A stretch of DNA of 64,000 nucleotides from a virus (lineage: Duplodnaviria; Heunggongvirae; Uroviricota; Caudoviricetes), in the IMG/VR virus record IMGVR_UViG_3300013102_000003, positions 6,644 to 70,643 of that record; one strand, written 5' to 3'. Positions 1 through 9,781 of this stretch are shown in pieces. Made by a program: the position numbers and the translations under genes. The notes beneath the pieces are model-generated. The model ran no database searches. It was not told the origin of the DNA and worked only from the letters and a program-made list of their open reading frames with translations. Position 1 is the stretch's first letter. Each line of letters begins with the position of its first letter.

Positions 1-522
1 GAGTTTGAGTGGTATTTTGAAGTACCGATCTTTGTCTCCCGGCAGATCGTCAAGCACCGCTTGTCCTCCATCAACGAGGAATCTGGCCGCTACCGCGAGA
101 TGCAGGGTGTGTTCTATGTTGTACCTGAAGAGGGCCGTGACATCGTTCAGATCGGCAAGACGGGGAACTATGAGTTCGCTGCTGGCCGACCTGACCAGAT
201 GGAGGCTCTTCGCTGGGTCCAGAAGTCTCAGGCGGAATCCGCATGGGAGAACTACCAGAAGCTGATCGGCTTCGGGATCTCCAAGGAAGTTGCGCGTATG
301 CACCTTCCGGTAAGCCTGTACTCTTCAATGTACTTCAAGGCGAACCTCAGGTCAATGCTCAACTTCGTATCCCTCCGTAAGGACTGGGGTCCGGATGCAG
401 TACATGCCTCCAAGGCACAATACGAGATTGCTTTGCTCACTGAGCAGATCGTTCCCGTCATTCAGGAGAAGCTTCCCAACGTCTGGGATCTCTTCGTGGA
501 GAGCGGCTATCAGGCCGTTTGA
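1..522 (+). CDS. thyX: Flavin-dependent thymidylate synthase ThyX (5' partial; continues upstream of the window)
   Basis: Frame 1 is open from nt 1. The RHRxxSxNEESGRY ThyX signature (…VKHRLSSINEESGRY…) is seen in the translation, and a conserved ThyX-like C-terminal part follows. Confidence 0.8.
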   Translation, partial: EFEWYFEVPIFVSRQIVKHRLSSINEESGRYREMQGVFYVVPEEGRDIVQIGKTGNYEFAAGRPDQMEALRWVQKSQAESAWENYQKLIGFGISKEVARMHLPVSLYSSMYFKANLRSMLNFVSLRKDWGPDAVHASKAQYEIALLTEQIVPVIQEKLPNVWDLFVESGYQAV

Positions 523-545
523 CATTCAAACAAAGTTAGGCTAGA

Positions 546-1517
546 ATGGGATACAACACAGAGCCTTACTTGGGGAGGAATCCGGAGTCGGTGTCCATCA
601 CCAACTCCGAGATTCAGACCTTCAAGGATTGCAAGCGCAAGTGGTGGCTTGGTACTTACCGAGCACTGAAGCCCAAGAGCAAGACCTACGTCGGACCCCT
701 TACACTGGGCATCCGAATCCACAACGCCCTAGAAGCCTTCTACACTACTGGAGAAAATCCGGTAGACGAGTACGAGCGTCTTCAAAGAATCGACAACAAG
801 CTCTTCGCGGAGAGCAACGATTTCAACTTTGAGGACAAGGTCAAGAAGTTCAACTCTGAAGCTGAACTTGGCCGCATCATGCTTGAAGGCTACATGGAGT
901 GGATGGCAGAAGAGAATCCTGACGCGGACCTCGAAGTGATCGGTGCTGAGAAGAAACTATCAACCCGGCTGGAGATGGACCCGCGTGTGGAGCTAATGGG
1001 TAAGACCGACCTCAAGGTAAAGCGTGCCTCCAACGGGAAGCACGCCCTCCTTGACCACAAGACGGCCCAATCATTCAACATGTACTACGAAACTTCCCAC
1101 ATGTCCGAACAGCTTATGCTGTACGTGCTGCTGGAGAAGATGGACACCGTCAACGGTGATCCTTTGGTAGACGGCGGAATCTACAACCTTATCAAGAAGG
1201 TCAAGCGATCCGGAACAGCCAAGCCCCCGTTTTACGAGCGCTTGGACGTGCGGTTCAATGACAAGACTCTCCAGTCTTTCTGGATTAGGACAATGGGTAC
1301 TGTTCGTGATATAATGGAACTACGAGACCGGCTGGACGCTGGCGAGGACCACAAGTTCTACGCTTATCCCAGCCCTACCAAAGATTGCACTTGGAAATGT
1401 CCATTCTTCCAAGTATGTCCAATGTTTGATGATGGTTCGTCTGCGGAAGCAATGCTTGAAGAACTCTACGAGCAGGTTGATCCGAATGCGCGATATGAAG
1501 ATGAAAACGAAACATAA
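546..1517 (+). CDS. PD-(D/E)XK exonuclease, Cas4/RecB-like, with C-terminal Cys cluster
   Basis: 323 aa. A D..E.K-type nuclease core (TDLKVKRAS…DHKT) and a C-terminal CTWKCPFFQVC 4-Cys cluster typical of Cas4/RecB-family phage exonucleases. It is followed by an ATPase and an SSB-like gene, as in phage recombination modules. Confidence 0.6.
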   Translation: MGYNTEPYLGRNPESVSITNSEIQTFKDCKRKWWLGTYRALKPKSKTYVGPLTLGIRIHNALEAFYTTGENPVDEYERLQRIDNKLFAESNDFNFEDKVKKFNSEAELGRIMLEGYMEWMAEENPDADLEVIGAEKKLSTRLEMDPRVELMGKTDLKVKRASNGKHALLDHKTAQSFNMYYETSHMSEQLMLYVLLEKMDTVNGDPLVDGGIYNLIKKVKRSGTAKPPFYERLDVRFNDKTLQSFWIRTMGTVRDIMELRDRLDAGEDHKFYAYPSPTKDCTWKCPFFQVCPMFDDGSSAEAMLEELYEQVDPNARYEDENET

Positions 1518-1532
1518 GAAAGCAGGACTACA

Positions 1533-2339
1533 TTGTCCGATAGAGCACTAACAATCCTAATGCACGGTCTGTCTGGTGCGGGTAAAACTACCCTCGCAAC
1601 CACGGCACCAAAGCCCTTGCTTCTACTTGACGTAGAGATGGCAAGCAGGTTTGTCCGTGGACGTAAGATCAAGTGGAACCCTCTCACTGAGGCCCCGCCT
1701 GTTGCTGATGGAAGTTGGGATATCTGTGTGGTATCCGTCAACGAGTTCCAGAAGGCACAGGTTGCGTACGAGTACCTGAAGAGCGGTAACCACCCGTTCA
1801 AGTCCGTTGTTGTTGACTCCATCTCTGAACTTCAGTCTAAGGCTGTAGAGAAGATCAAGGGTCGCCAGCAGTTCCAGACTCAGGACTGGGGAAAGCTTCT
1901 GTCCGTTATGAGCTTCTTCTGCAAGGATCTTCGTGACCTCGCGGAAGCTGATGACAAGATCGAAGCGATCATCATCACGGCCACGTCGAAAGACTATGAC
2001 GGAATTATCAAGCCGTACCTTCAGGGCCAGATTGCATCTCAGGCTCCGTACTGGTTTGACATCACCGGCTACCTGTACGTCCAGCAGATTGCTGACGCTC
2101 AGGGAACTCTTACTGACCAGCGAAACCTCCTGATCGGCAACCACCCGAACTACGAGGCAAAGTCTCGTGTTCCGGGACTGCCAACCGTGATCGACAACCC
2201 TGACGTAACGGTCATGCTGAACAACATCTTCGGTCCTGAAGACGTTGTACAGGTTCCGGTCGCAGAAATCCAGTCTGCTCCGGTTCAGGAAGCTCAGGTT
2301 GCCGCACCATCGGGCCAGCCAGAACCTCCTAGCCTCTAA
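1533..2339 (+). CDS. RecA-like / AAA_24-type ATPase
   Basis: Walker A MHGLSGAGKTT near the N-terminus and a DSISEL Walker-B-like motif. Sits between the Cas4-like exonuclease and the DUF669-like gene. Confidence 0.55.
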   Translation: MSDRALTILMHGLSGAGKTTLATTAPKPLLLLDVEMASRFVRGRKIKWNPLTEAPPVADGSWDICVVSVNEFQKAQVAYEYLKSGNHPFKSVVVDSISELQSKAVEKIKGRQQFQTQDWGKLLSVMSFFCKDLRDLAEADDKIEAIIITATSKDYDGIIKPYLQGQIASQAPYWFDITGYLYVQQIADAQGTLTDQRNLLIGNHPNYEAKSRVPGLPTVIDNPDVTVMLNNIFGPEDVVQVPVAEIQSAPVQEAQVAAPSGQPEPPSL

Positions 2340-2401
2340 ATCTCCCTCCAATATAACTGAATAGCTAATCAAAAACAATAACCTGATAGGAAAAATACAG
2401 A

Positions 2402-2998
2402 ATGCCAGCTAAGTCTTGGAAAGAACTGATGAACGACGCCGAAGAGGGCGCAAAGGAATTTACTATCCTCGATGAGGGTATGTACTCCTTCGTTGTCAAG
2501 GACGCAGCAAAGGTCGGTACGACCTCAAAGGACAACCCCAAGTTCACGATCAACCCGTCCGTTGAGTCCGGCCCGCGTGCAAACGCCCGCGTTTACCACG
2601 ACTTCATTGTCTCGGACAGCGCTTTCGCCATGAAGAACTTCTTCTTCGGTGACCTTGCTGTTCTGGGTCTTGGTGCTTCGTTCTTCGACACCAACCCGAC
2701 TGACCAGCAGATTGCACAGGCTCTTCAGGGCCGTCGCTTCGTTGCTGAAGTATTCCACGAGCCGGGTCACAGCGATCCGACCAAGAAGTTCGCACGTCTG
2801 CGCAACTTCGCGGCTCCGACCAATGCGGCTCCGTCCGCAGGCGTTCCGGGCGGTCTTCCGTCCGCTGCTCCTGCTCCGGTTGCAGCGGCTGCTCCTGTAG
2901 CTGCTCCGGTCGATGCAGGCTCGCCGTGGGCAACTCCTGCCGCAGCACCGGCACCGGCTTTCAACAACTCGGTTCCGCTCCCGCCGTCCTTCGGCTAA
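2402..2998 (+). CDS. DUF669-like putative ssDNA-binding protein (Ala/Pro-rich C-terminal tail)
   Basis: Its position after the exonuclease+ATPase pair matches the common phage module. The C-terminus is low-complexity Ala/Pro-rich and ends in PPSFG. A rho-independent terminator follows. Confidence 0.4.
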   Translation: MPAKSWKELMNDAEEGAKEFTILDEGMYSFVVKDAAKVGTTSKDNPKFTINPSVESGPRANARVYHDFIVSDSAFAMKNFFFGDLAVLGLGASFFDTNPTDQQIAQALQGRRFVAEVFHEPGHSDPTKKFARLRNFAAPTNAAPSAGVPGGLPSAAPAPVAAAAPVAAPVDAGSPWATPAAAPAPAFNNSVPLPPSFG

Positions 2999-3014
2999 TC
3001 ACCACCCTCTAGAG

Positions 3015-3050
3015 TGTGGCCCTGTGACTTCGGTTGCAGGGCCACACTTT
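3015..3050 (+). terminator. Rho-independent terminator
   Basis: gtgtggccctg…cagggccacac perfect 11-bp stem followed by tttt. Confidence 0.7.
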
Positions 3051-3078
3051 TCCCTATACACTAAGAAAAGGAACAATT

Positions 3079-3660
3079 TTGTCAATCGAACAGGTCCGCG
3101 AATTCAACACTACTTTCGGCGTCCGCATGTCCGAAACCCCCAACGTCCGACTCCCTGAAGCCCCGCTCCGTGTGGAACTGATCCGCGAAGAGCTTGAAGA
3201 GCTTCAGGAAGCCGTAGACAACCTTGATATTGTAGAGATCGCTGACGCTCTCGGTGATATCCAGTATGTCGCCCACGGTGCTGTTCTCGTCTTCGGACTA
3301 GAGAAGCTGGTCTCTGAGACCTCCCACTCCGCTGGCCTGCAAATCGGAAATTCCCAAGAAGATCGGAGTACCATTCAGGATCTCCGCTGGGGTATCCTGT
3401 ATAACAGCCAGTTGATGGTTGCCCGCACACTGAAGGATGTTCTGACGGGGGTAGATCGTCTGGCAGATATGTACAATATCGATCTTGTAGCCGTGGTCGA
3501 TGCAATCCACAAGTCGAACATGTCCAAGCTTGGCGAAGACGGATTGCCGATTTACCGCGCAACTGACCGCAAGGTTCTCAAGGGTCCGAACTACGTGACG
3601 CCGACCAAGGACATCTGGACCATCGTGTTCGGTGACGACATTGCTTACGCTGGCGAATGA
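3079..3660 (+). CDS. MazG-like all-alpha NTP pyrophosphohydrolase
   Basis: EELEELQEAV…EIADALGDIQYV helix pair typical of MazG/HisE-type NTP-PPases. The start is reassigned to TTG 3079 with an aaggaac RBS, because the track start at 3034 lies inside the upstream terminator hairpin. Confidence 0.5.
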   Translation: MSIEQVREFNTTFGVRMSETPNVRLPEAPLRVELIREELEELQEAVDNLDIVEIADALGDIQYVAHGAVLVFGLEKLVSETSHSAGLQIGNSQEDRSTIQDLRWGILYNSQLMVARTLKDVLTGVDRLADMYNIDLVAVVDAIHKSNMSKLGEDGLPIYRATDRKVLKGPNYVTPTKDIWTIVFGDDIAYAGE

Positions 3661-4111
3661 CTTTGAGGGTATCCGGGAAGACCTTGTAGCTCTCGGATAC
3701 ACCGGAGAGCACAGAGACGATGAGAGCGTCATACAGGGCCTCGTAGCAGTGCACCTGACCTTGGAGACCTTGGAGCTATCTAAGGCCGCTAGAGAGGCCA
3801 TTCTGGACCTCCTGAGTGCCACTGGGCGGGAAGACCTCAACAACCTCCCGGACCTTTCGGAAGAGTCGTGGCAGGACTTCGATTACGGCAACGTCCGCCT
3901 CTTCAATCTTGTCCGCATCAAGCATGATGCGTACGATTCAGACACCGGAGTCAAGCACAACGGTTTGGTGGGCGTGCTCACCGACATGCGAGGCGGTCAA
4001 TGTACCGTCAAGTACATTGGATTGGCCTCCAGAAGCAGCCAGCGGCACCCGATGGAGAAACTTGACTCTCTCAAATACGGGTACAATAGAAGACCCTCAC
4101 AAAATAACTAG
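3632..4111 (+). CDS. Hypothetical protein (start uncertain)
   Basis: Long ORF with a GTG start and no clear RBS. It contains the nrdH promoter in its 3' end. Confidence 0.3.
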   Translation: MTTLLTLANDFEGIREDLVALGYTGEHRDDESVIQGLVAVHLTLETLELSKAAREAILDLLSATGREDLNNLPDLSEESWQDFDYGNVRLFNLVRIKHDAYDSDTGVKHNGLVGVLTDMRGGQCTVKYIGLASRSSQRHPMEKLDSLKYGYNRRPSQNN

Positions 4112-4121
4112 GAGTACATAA

Positions 4122-4364
4122 ATGGTGACAGTATACACCAAACCAGCTTGCGTTCAGTGCAACGCGACCTACCGCGCCCTCGACAGGGAGGGAATCGCAT
4201 ACAACACGGTCGATATCTCCACCGATGAGAACGCCCTTGACGAACTCAAGGCCCTCGGATACCAGCAGGCACCTGTTGTATCCGCCCCGATTGGTGACTG
4301 GTCCGGGTTCAATCCGGGCAAGATCAAAGAACTTGCAGAGTTCTACGCCCAGCCTGTAGGATAG
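4122..4364 (+). CDS. nrdH: NrdH glutaredoxin-like redoxin
   Basis: 80 aa with a CVQC redox motif. It immediately precedes nrdI-nrdE-nrdF. A tacaat -10 element lies upstream (~4082-4087). Confidence 0.8.
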   Translation: MVTVYTKPACVQCNATYRALDREGIAYNTVDISTDENALDELKALGYQQAPVVSAPIGDWSGFNPGKIKELAEFYAQPVG

Positions 4365-4366
4365 TC

Positions 4367-4750
4367 GTGCTGGTGTTCTTTAGCTCAACTACCGAGAACA
4401 CCGCCAGATTTGTAGAAAAACTTGACGTACCTGCCGTGCGTATCCCTCTCAAGACCGCCGAAGCTGCTGAGTTCACCGTGGATGAAGATTTTGTCCTCGT
4501 GACCCCAACCTACGCGGATGGACGGGTACCGCCGCAGGTCGTCAAGTTTTTGAATTTGGAGCAAAATAGGGTAAGATGTAAGGGAGTCATCAGTTCCGGC
4601 AACCGGAATTTCTTTGAGGACTTCGCCAAGGCCGGGGATATCATCTCAGCCAAGCTACAGGTGCCACTGCTCTACCAGTTTGAGCTAGCAGGCACCGCAG
4701 AAGACATAACTAAAACACAAGAAGGACTGAATAATTTTTGGCAAAAGTAA
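4367..4750 (+). CDS. nrdI: NrdI flavodoxin-like protein
   Basis: 127 aa with a GTG start, located between nrdH and nrdE. Canonical class Ib RNR operon order. Confidence 0.75.
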   Translation: MLVFFSSTTENTARFVEKLDVPAVRIPLKTAEAAEFTVDEDFVLVTPTYADGRVPPQVVKFLNLEQNRVRCKGVISSGNRNFFEDFAKAGDIISAKLQVPLLYQFELAGTAEDITKTQEGLNNFWQK

Positions 4751-4753
4751 CAG

Positions 4754-6876
4754 ATGAGTCACCCGTTGAACTCAACGCAGAACTGAACCTCTACGGCCCG
4801 GACGGCAAGATCCAGTTCGGCAAAGACAAGGAAGCTGCCAAGCAGCTATTCCTTCAGGACATCAACCCTACCACCCAGCACTTCTATACACTAGAAGAGA
4901 AGCTAAACTTCCTCTTCGACAACGAGTACTACGAGCGCGAGGTCTTTGAGCAGTACGATTTCGAGGATCTGAAGGCCCTCTACCAGCTTGTCTACAGCTA
5001 CAAGCCGCGCTTTGAGTCCTACTTCTCCGCGTTCAAGTACGACAAGCAGTACGGCATGAAGTCCTTCGACGGTAAGACCCGTCTGGAGCGCTTTGAGGAC
5101 CGCGTTGTCGCCAACGCTGCTCTGCTGGGACGCGGCAACATCGAGCATGCCCGGAAGATTGCCGTGGAGATCGTCACTGGCCGTCTCCAGCCTGCCACGC
5201 CTACGTTCTCCAACGCTGGCAAGGCTCAGCGTGGCGAGTTCGTCTCCTGCTTCCTGCTCCGCATCGAAGACAACATGGAGTCGATTGGCCGGTCCATTAA
5301 CTCTGCCCTCCAGCTTTCCAAGCGCGGTGGAGGTGTGGCGCTGCTCCTGTCCAACATCCGTGAAACAGGCGCGGTTATCAAGCACATTGAGAACGCTTCA
5401 TCCGGTATCATCCCGGTCATGAAGATGCTTGAGGATGCCTTCAGCTACGCGAACCAGCTTGGCACCCGTCAGGGCGCTGGAGCGGTCTACCTGAACGCCC
5501 ACCACCCGGATATCTCCAAGTTCCTTGACACCAAGCGCGAGAACGCGGACGAGAAGATCCGCATCAAGACCCTCTCCCTCGGTGTTGTCGTCCCTGACAT
5601 CACCTACGAGCTTGCCAAAAACAACGAAGATATGTACCTCTTCTCACCGTACGACGTTGAGCGCGTCTATGGCAAGCCTTTCGCGGATATTTCTGTGACG
5701 GAAAAGTACCGAGAGATGGTTGCTGACGCCCGAATCAAGAAGTACAAGTTCGAGGGCGGCGCACGTGGCTTCCTCCAGACAACGGCAGAACTCTTGTTCG
5801 AATCCGGCTACCCGTACATCCTCTTTGAGGACAACGCAAACCGGGCACATGCCAACGGTGAACTTGGACGCATCAACATGTCCAACCTCTGCACGGAAAT
5901 CCTTCAGGCGAACACTCCGTCCGTCTTCAACGCTGACCTGTCCTACGACACCATGGGCCGGGACATCTCCTGTAACCTTGCGTCACTGAACATTGCCAAG
6001 ACGATGGAAGGTGGTAAGCTGGGTGAGACGGTTGCTACAGCCATCCGCGCCCTGTCGGCTGTCTCTGATCTGTCGTCCATCGACTCGGTTCCGTCTGTCC
6101 GTGAGGGCAACGACAAGAGCCGCGCCATCGGTCTGGGCCAGATGAACCTCCACGGATTCTTCATCAAGCACGGATGGAAGTACGGTAGCCCAGAGTCGCT
6201 GGACTTCACCAACGCCTACTTCATGACTGTCGCGTACCACGCGTATCACGCATCCATGGAACTTGCCAAGGAGACCGGAAGTCCGTTTGACGGATTCGAG
6301 AAGTCCAAGTACGCTGATTCTGACTATCTGACAAGAAAGTACAGCGCAGCAGATATGATTGAGTTCACTGATGCAACACATGACCTCTTTGCAGGGTATG
6401 GCATTAAGATCCCAACTGCTTCTGATTGGCTCTACCTCGCGGAAGATATTGCTGAGCACGGCCTCTACAACGCCTACCTTCAGGCGATCCCGCCGACCGG
6501 TTCAATCTCCTACATCAACTACTCCACCAGCAGCATTCACCCGGTGGCACAGGCGATTGAGACCCGCAAGGAAGGCCTCACAGGCCGCGTCTACTTCCCG
6601 CAGCCGTACGTCACCAACGAGAACTTCGCTGACGTGGAGGACGCGTATCAGGTTGGCCCGGAACGCACCATCGATGTTTACGCTGAGGCAACAAAGCACG
6701 TCGATCAGGGTCTGTCGCTGACGCTGTTCTTCCCGGACACCGCCACGACTCGTGATATCAACAAGGCACAGATCTACGCATGGCGCAAGGGCATCAAAAC
6801 TCTTTATTATTCGAGAGTTCGTCAAGGGGATATCGCTGGTACTGAGCTAGAGGGTTGCGTAAGCTGCGCCCTCTAG
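4754..6876 (+). CDS. nrdE: Ribonucleotide reductase class Ib alpha subunit NrdE
   Basis: About 707 aa with conserved RNR large-subunit features (…NLCTEI…, C-terminal CxxC-like GCVSCAL). ATG 4754 is preferred over the track start 4738, to avoid overlap with nrdI. Confidence 0.85.
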
Positions 6877-6948
6877 TGTAGGCTAGAGAGTGGTGGGGTA
6901 CCTGTAGTTGCGGGGTACTTAAATATAGGTAGTAATGCTTTGGACTAG

Positions 6949-7983
<1,035 letters not shown>

Positions 7984-7988
7984 GACTA

Positions 7989-8024
7989 GTCCAGCTATCC
8001 ACTCGGGTAGCTGGACTTTTCTTT
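7989..8024 (+). terminator. Rho-independent terminator after nrdF
   Basis: gtccagcta-tccactcgg-tagctggac followed by ttttctttt. Confidence 0.7.
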
Positions 8025-8046
8025 TGCCCTATGGTAAGCTGTAAGC

Positions 8047-8397
8047 ATGAGTAAAGAACCAGAATTTGAGAAGTGCCCTGACTGTCAGGTGGCTCCGGGT
8101 GAGCGGCATGAGGACGGATGTGACGTAACGCGTTGCCGATTCACCGGCAAACAGCAACTCATGTGTGGATTCGCTTTCAGCTTCGACGCAGCAGGGGCTA
8201 TCGATGTCATCGAGACCAACGACCACGAATGTGAGCCGTGCGTCTGGACCGGTGATTGGCCCGGAGTCAAGGTCTGCCACGACAACGGATGGTATACTAC
8301 AATGGTTGGGTTCGACGGACCCACCGAAGACCTGAACAGTGTGTCTCAGCGAGCCGTCTGGAACACCGAACTTGAAGATTGGGAGGCCCGTAAGTGA
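8047..8397 (+). CDS. Cys-rich hypothetical protein
   Basis: 116 aa with multiple CxxC-like pairs (CPDC, CEPC). Confidence 0.4.
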   Translation: MSKEPEFEKCPDCQVAPGERHEDGCDVTRCRFTGKQQLMCGFAFSFDAAGAIDVIETNDHECEPCVWTGDWPGVKVCHDNGWYTTMVGFDGPTEDLNSVSQRAVWNTELEDWEARK

Positions 8398-8825
8398 AGA
8401 TTGGAATCGACATTGGACGTGTCATCATCGGCGGCGAGGGTGAGGATACCATCTTCAACGAGGAGAACTACCTGCTCTCTCCGGAAGTTCCGGGAGCCTA
8501 CAGAGCGGTGAGCAAGCTCGCCAAGCAGCGGCATGAACTCCACATCATCTCCAAGTGTGGGGAAGTTGTGGAGGAACGGTCCATGGACTGGCTGGATGCT
8601 GAGGGATTCTTCTATCACATCCTCCCGCACCGAGTCCATTTCGTGCGGAAGCGCCATCTGAAGTCTCCGATGGCTCTGGCTCTTGAGCTTGACATCTTCA
8701 TTGATGACCGTCTGGACATCATCGACTCCATGGAGCAGACTGTCAAGAACCGCATCCTGTTCATCGACTGGGAGCACGCCAACAGGGAACTGGAGAAGAT
8801 CTTTGACAAAGCTCCTGAAGGGTGA
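8394..8825 (+). CDS. Hypothetical protein
   Basis: 143 aa, start overlaps the stop of the previous gene (ATGA-type). No confident family assignment. Confidence 0.4.
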   Translation: MKIGIDIGRVIIGGEGEDTIFNEENYLLSPEVPGAYRAVSKLAKQRHELHIISKCGEVVEERSMDWLDAEGFFYHILPHRVHFVRKRHLKSPMALALELDIFIDDRLDIIDSMEQTVKNRILFIDWEHANRELEKIFDKAPEG

Positions 8826-8868
8826 TATAGTTAAGATCGTTGGAGCGCATAAACGACTGACAACCGGA

Positions 8869-9012
8869 GAGATGATCGACAAGCTCGGTTTGATTTCTGA
8901 AGTCGTAGATGATACAATGATACGGGTAGGAAAGAATTGGTACCTTACCGAAGAGTTCGAAATCGAACTGCTTCACAGAGAAGTTGACACAGCCTCTCAG
9001 AGTATGGTATAA
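8869..9012 (+). CDS. Small hypothetical protein (47 aa) whose stop codon lies inside a promoter -10
   Basis: ggagag RBS then ATG 8869. It ends …ASQSMV* with the stop inside tggTATAATag. The C-terminus resembles that of the small ORF ending at 11527. Confidence 0.3.
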   Translation, partial: EMIDKLGLISEVVDDTMIRVGKNWYLTEEFEIELLHREVDTASQSMV

Positions 9013-9013
9013 T
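8984..9013 (+). promoter_or_regulatory. Sigma-70-like promoter (TTGACA-18-TGgTATAAT)
   Basis: ttgaca 8984-8989, 18-nt spacer ending tgg, tataat 9008-9013. Member of a motif repeated across the window. Confidence 0.6.
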
Positions 9014-9089
9014 AGAAGTACACGAAGCGCTGGAGAAGGTTACTTCTTTGGGTGAAAACACACTTTCTCTGTTTTTTCTCGTGTCACTT

Positions 9090-9160
9090 AGGTCTTTGGT
9101 GTAGTGGTAACATGTCGGTCTCCAAAACCGTTGTCAGCAGTTCGAACCTGCTAGGACCTG
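9090..9160 (+). tRNA. tRNA-Trp (CCA)
   Basis: Anticodon loop cuCCAaa, T-arm agcag-ttcgaac-ctgct, and a 7-bp acceptor aggtctt/aggacct. Folded by eye. Confidence 0.7.
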
Positions 9161-9209
9161 CAAGTTTGCACAAACTATAAATGTGTGATAGAATGTAGTA
9201 ACACAGCTT

Positions 9210-9283
9210 CGGGCTGTAGCTCAGCTTGGTAGAGCGCCTGTTTTGGGAACAGGAAGTCGCAGGTTCAAATCCTGTCTGCCCGA
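9210..9283 (+). tRNA. tRNA-Pro (TGG)
   Basis: D-arm tagctcagcttggtagagc, anticodon stem cctgt/acagg with loop ttTGGga, T-arm gcagg-ttcaaat-cctgt. Confidence 0.7.
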
Positions 9284-9469
9284 CGAATGACCGATGCGAT
9301 TGAAAAAGATACTTCATCGAATAGATAATATAGGTATCGGCCAAGAGGAAACTCTTGTCCCTAGCACTGGAACCTTCCAGTTTGTTTTTCAGTTTCACAT
9401 GTAGTACAATAGCTTTACCCGCAGTACAAACCTCTTTTTCTGGTTTTTCTCGGTCATACAATTTTGAAA

Positions 9470-9575
9470 GAAGCGCTAGGACTCTGTTACTTCTCGGATG
9501 AAACCGACCGTAACTGGTTGGTGAGGGTTCAAACCCCTCATTACACAGATTCCGCTTTTACTCTTTCATACAATG
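9470..9575 (+). ncRNA. tRNA-like element (GAAGCG…GTTACTTC motif + anticodon-arm-like + T-arm-like hairpins, no acceptor); candidate Y-RNA-like / tRNA-mimic RNA
   Basis: gaagcg 9470-9475 and gttacttc 9486-9493. Hairpin cgacc-gtaactg-ggttg, then gaggg-ttcaaac-ccctc. No complementary acceptor strands. Confidence 0.35.
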
Positions 9576-9647
9576 CGAAAGTAGCTCAGTTGGTAGAGCG
9601 CCTTCCTTCCAAGTAGGATGTCGCGGGTTCGAGTCCCGTCTTTCGCT
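9575..9647 (+). tRNA. tRNA-Gly (TCC)
   Basis: Acceptor gcgaaag/ctttcgc, D-arm tagctcagttggtagagc, anticodon loop cuTCCaa, T-arm gcggg-ttcgagt-cccgt. Confidence 0.7.
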
Positions 9648-9781
9648 CTAGTACAGATGTGATTAGTCAGGTTACTTCCAACTGTTAATTGAAATCAACA
9701 CTTGACTTACCGTGTTCTCTGTATTAAGCTTTAACTGTTATCAGGAATTCCTGAATTGAAAATGACGAAAGGTAAATAAAC

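Noticed and set aside
1623-2378. 251-aa antisense ORF inside the AAA_24 ATPase gene (similar long antisense ORFs at 3298..3843, 4903..5385, 5983..6459, 17132..17752, 20035..20625, 29674..30153, 35731..36087, 37267..37848, 59110..59511)
   Set aside because: High-GC genomes produce long spurious antisense frames. None has start context or motifs, and all are nested in well-supported sense genes.
2913-3158. ORF 2913..3158 and the 3034 start of the MazG-like ORF
   Set aside because: Both run through the strong terminator hairpin at 3015-3050. A TTG at 3079 with an aaggaac RBS gives a clean start for the MazG-like gene.
8394-8825. Possible 5'-deoxynucleotidase / HAD assignment for the MKIGIDIGRV protein next to the nrd operon
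   Set aside because: The N-terminal motif has only one Asp (DIG, not DxD), so the HAD catalytic signature is not met. Left as hypothetical.
9084-9461. Minus-strand ORF (125 aa) overlapping the tRNA cluster
   Set aside because: Its translation contains GFEPATS-type strings that are the reverse-complement reading of tRNA T-arms (GGTTCGAATCC). The same applies to 11898..12137(-), 12991..13674(-), 13172..13387(-), 15641..15823(-) and 26057..26335(-).
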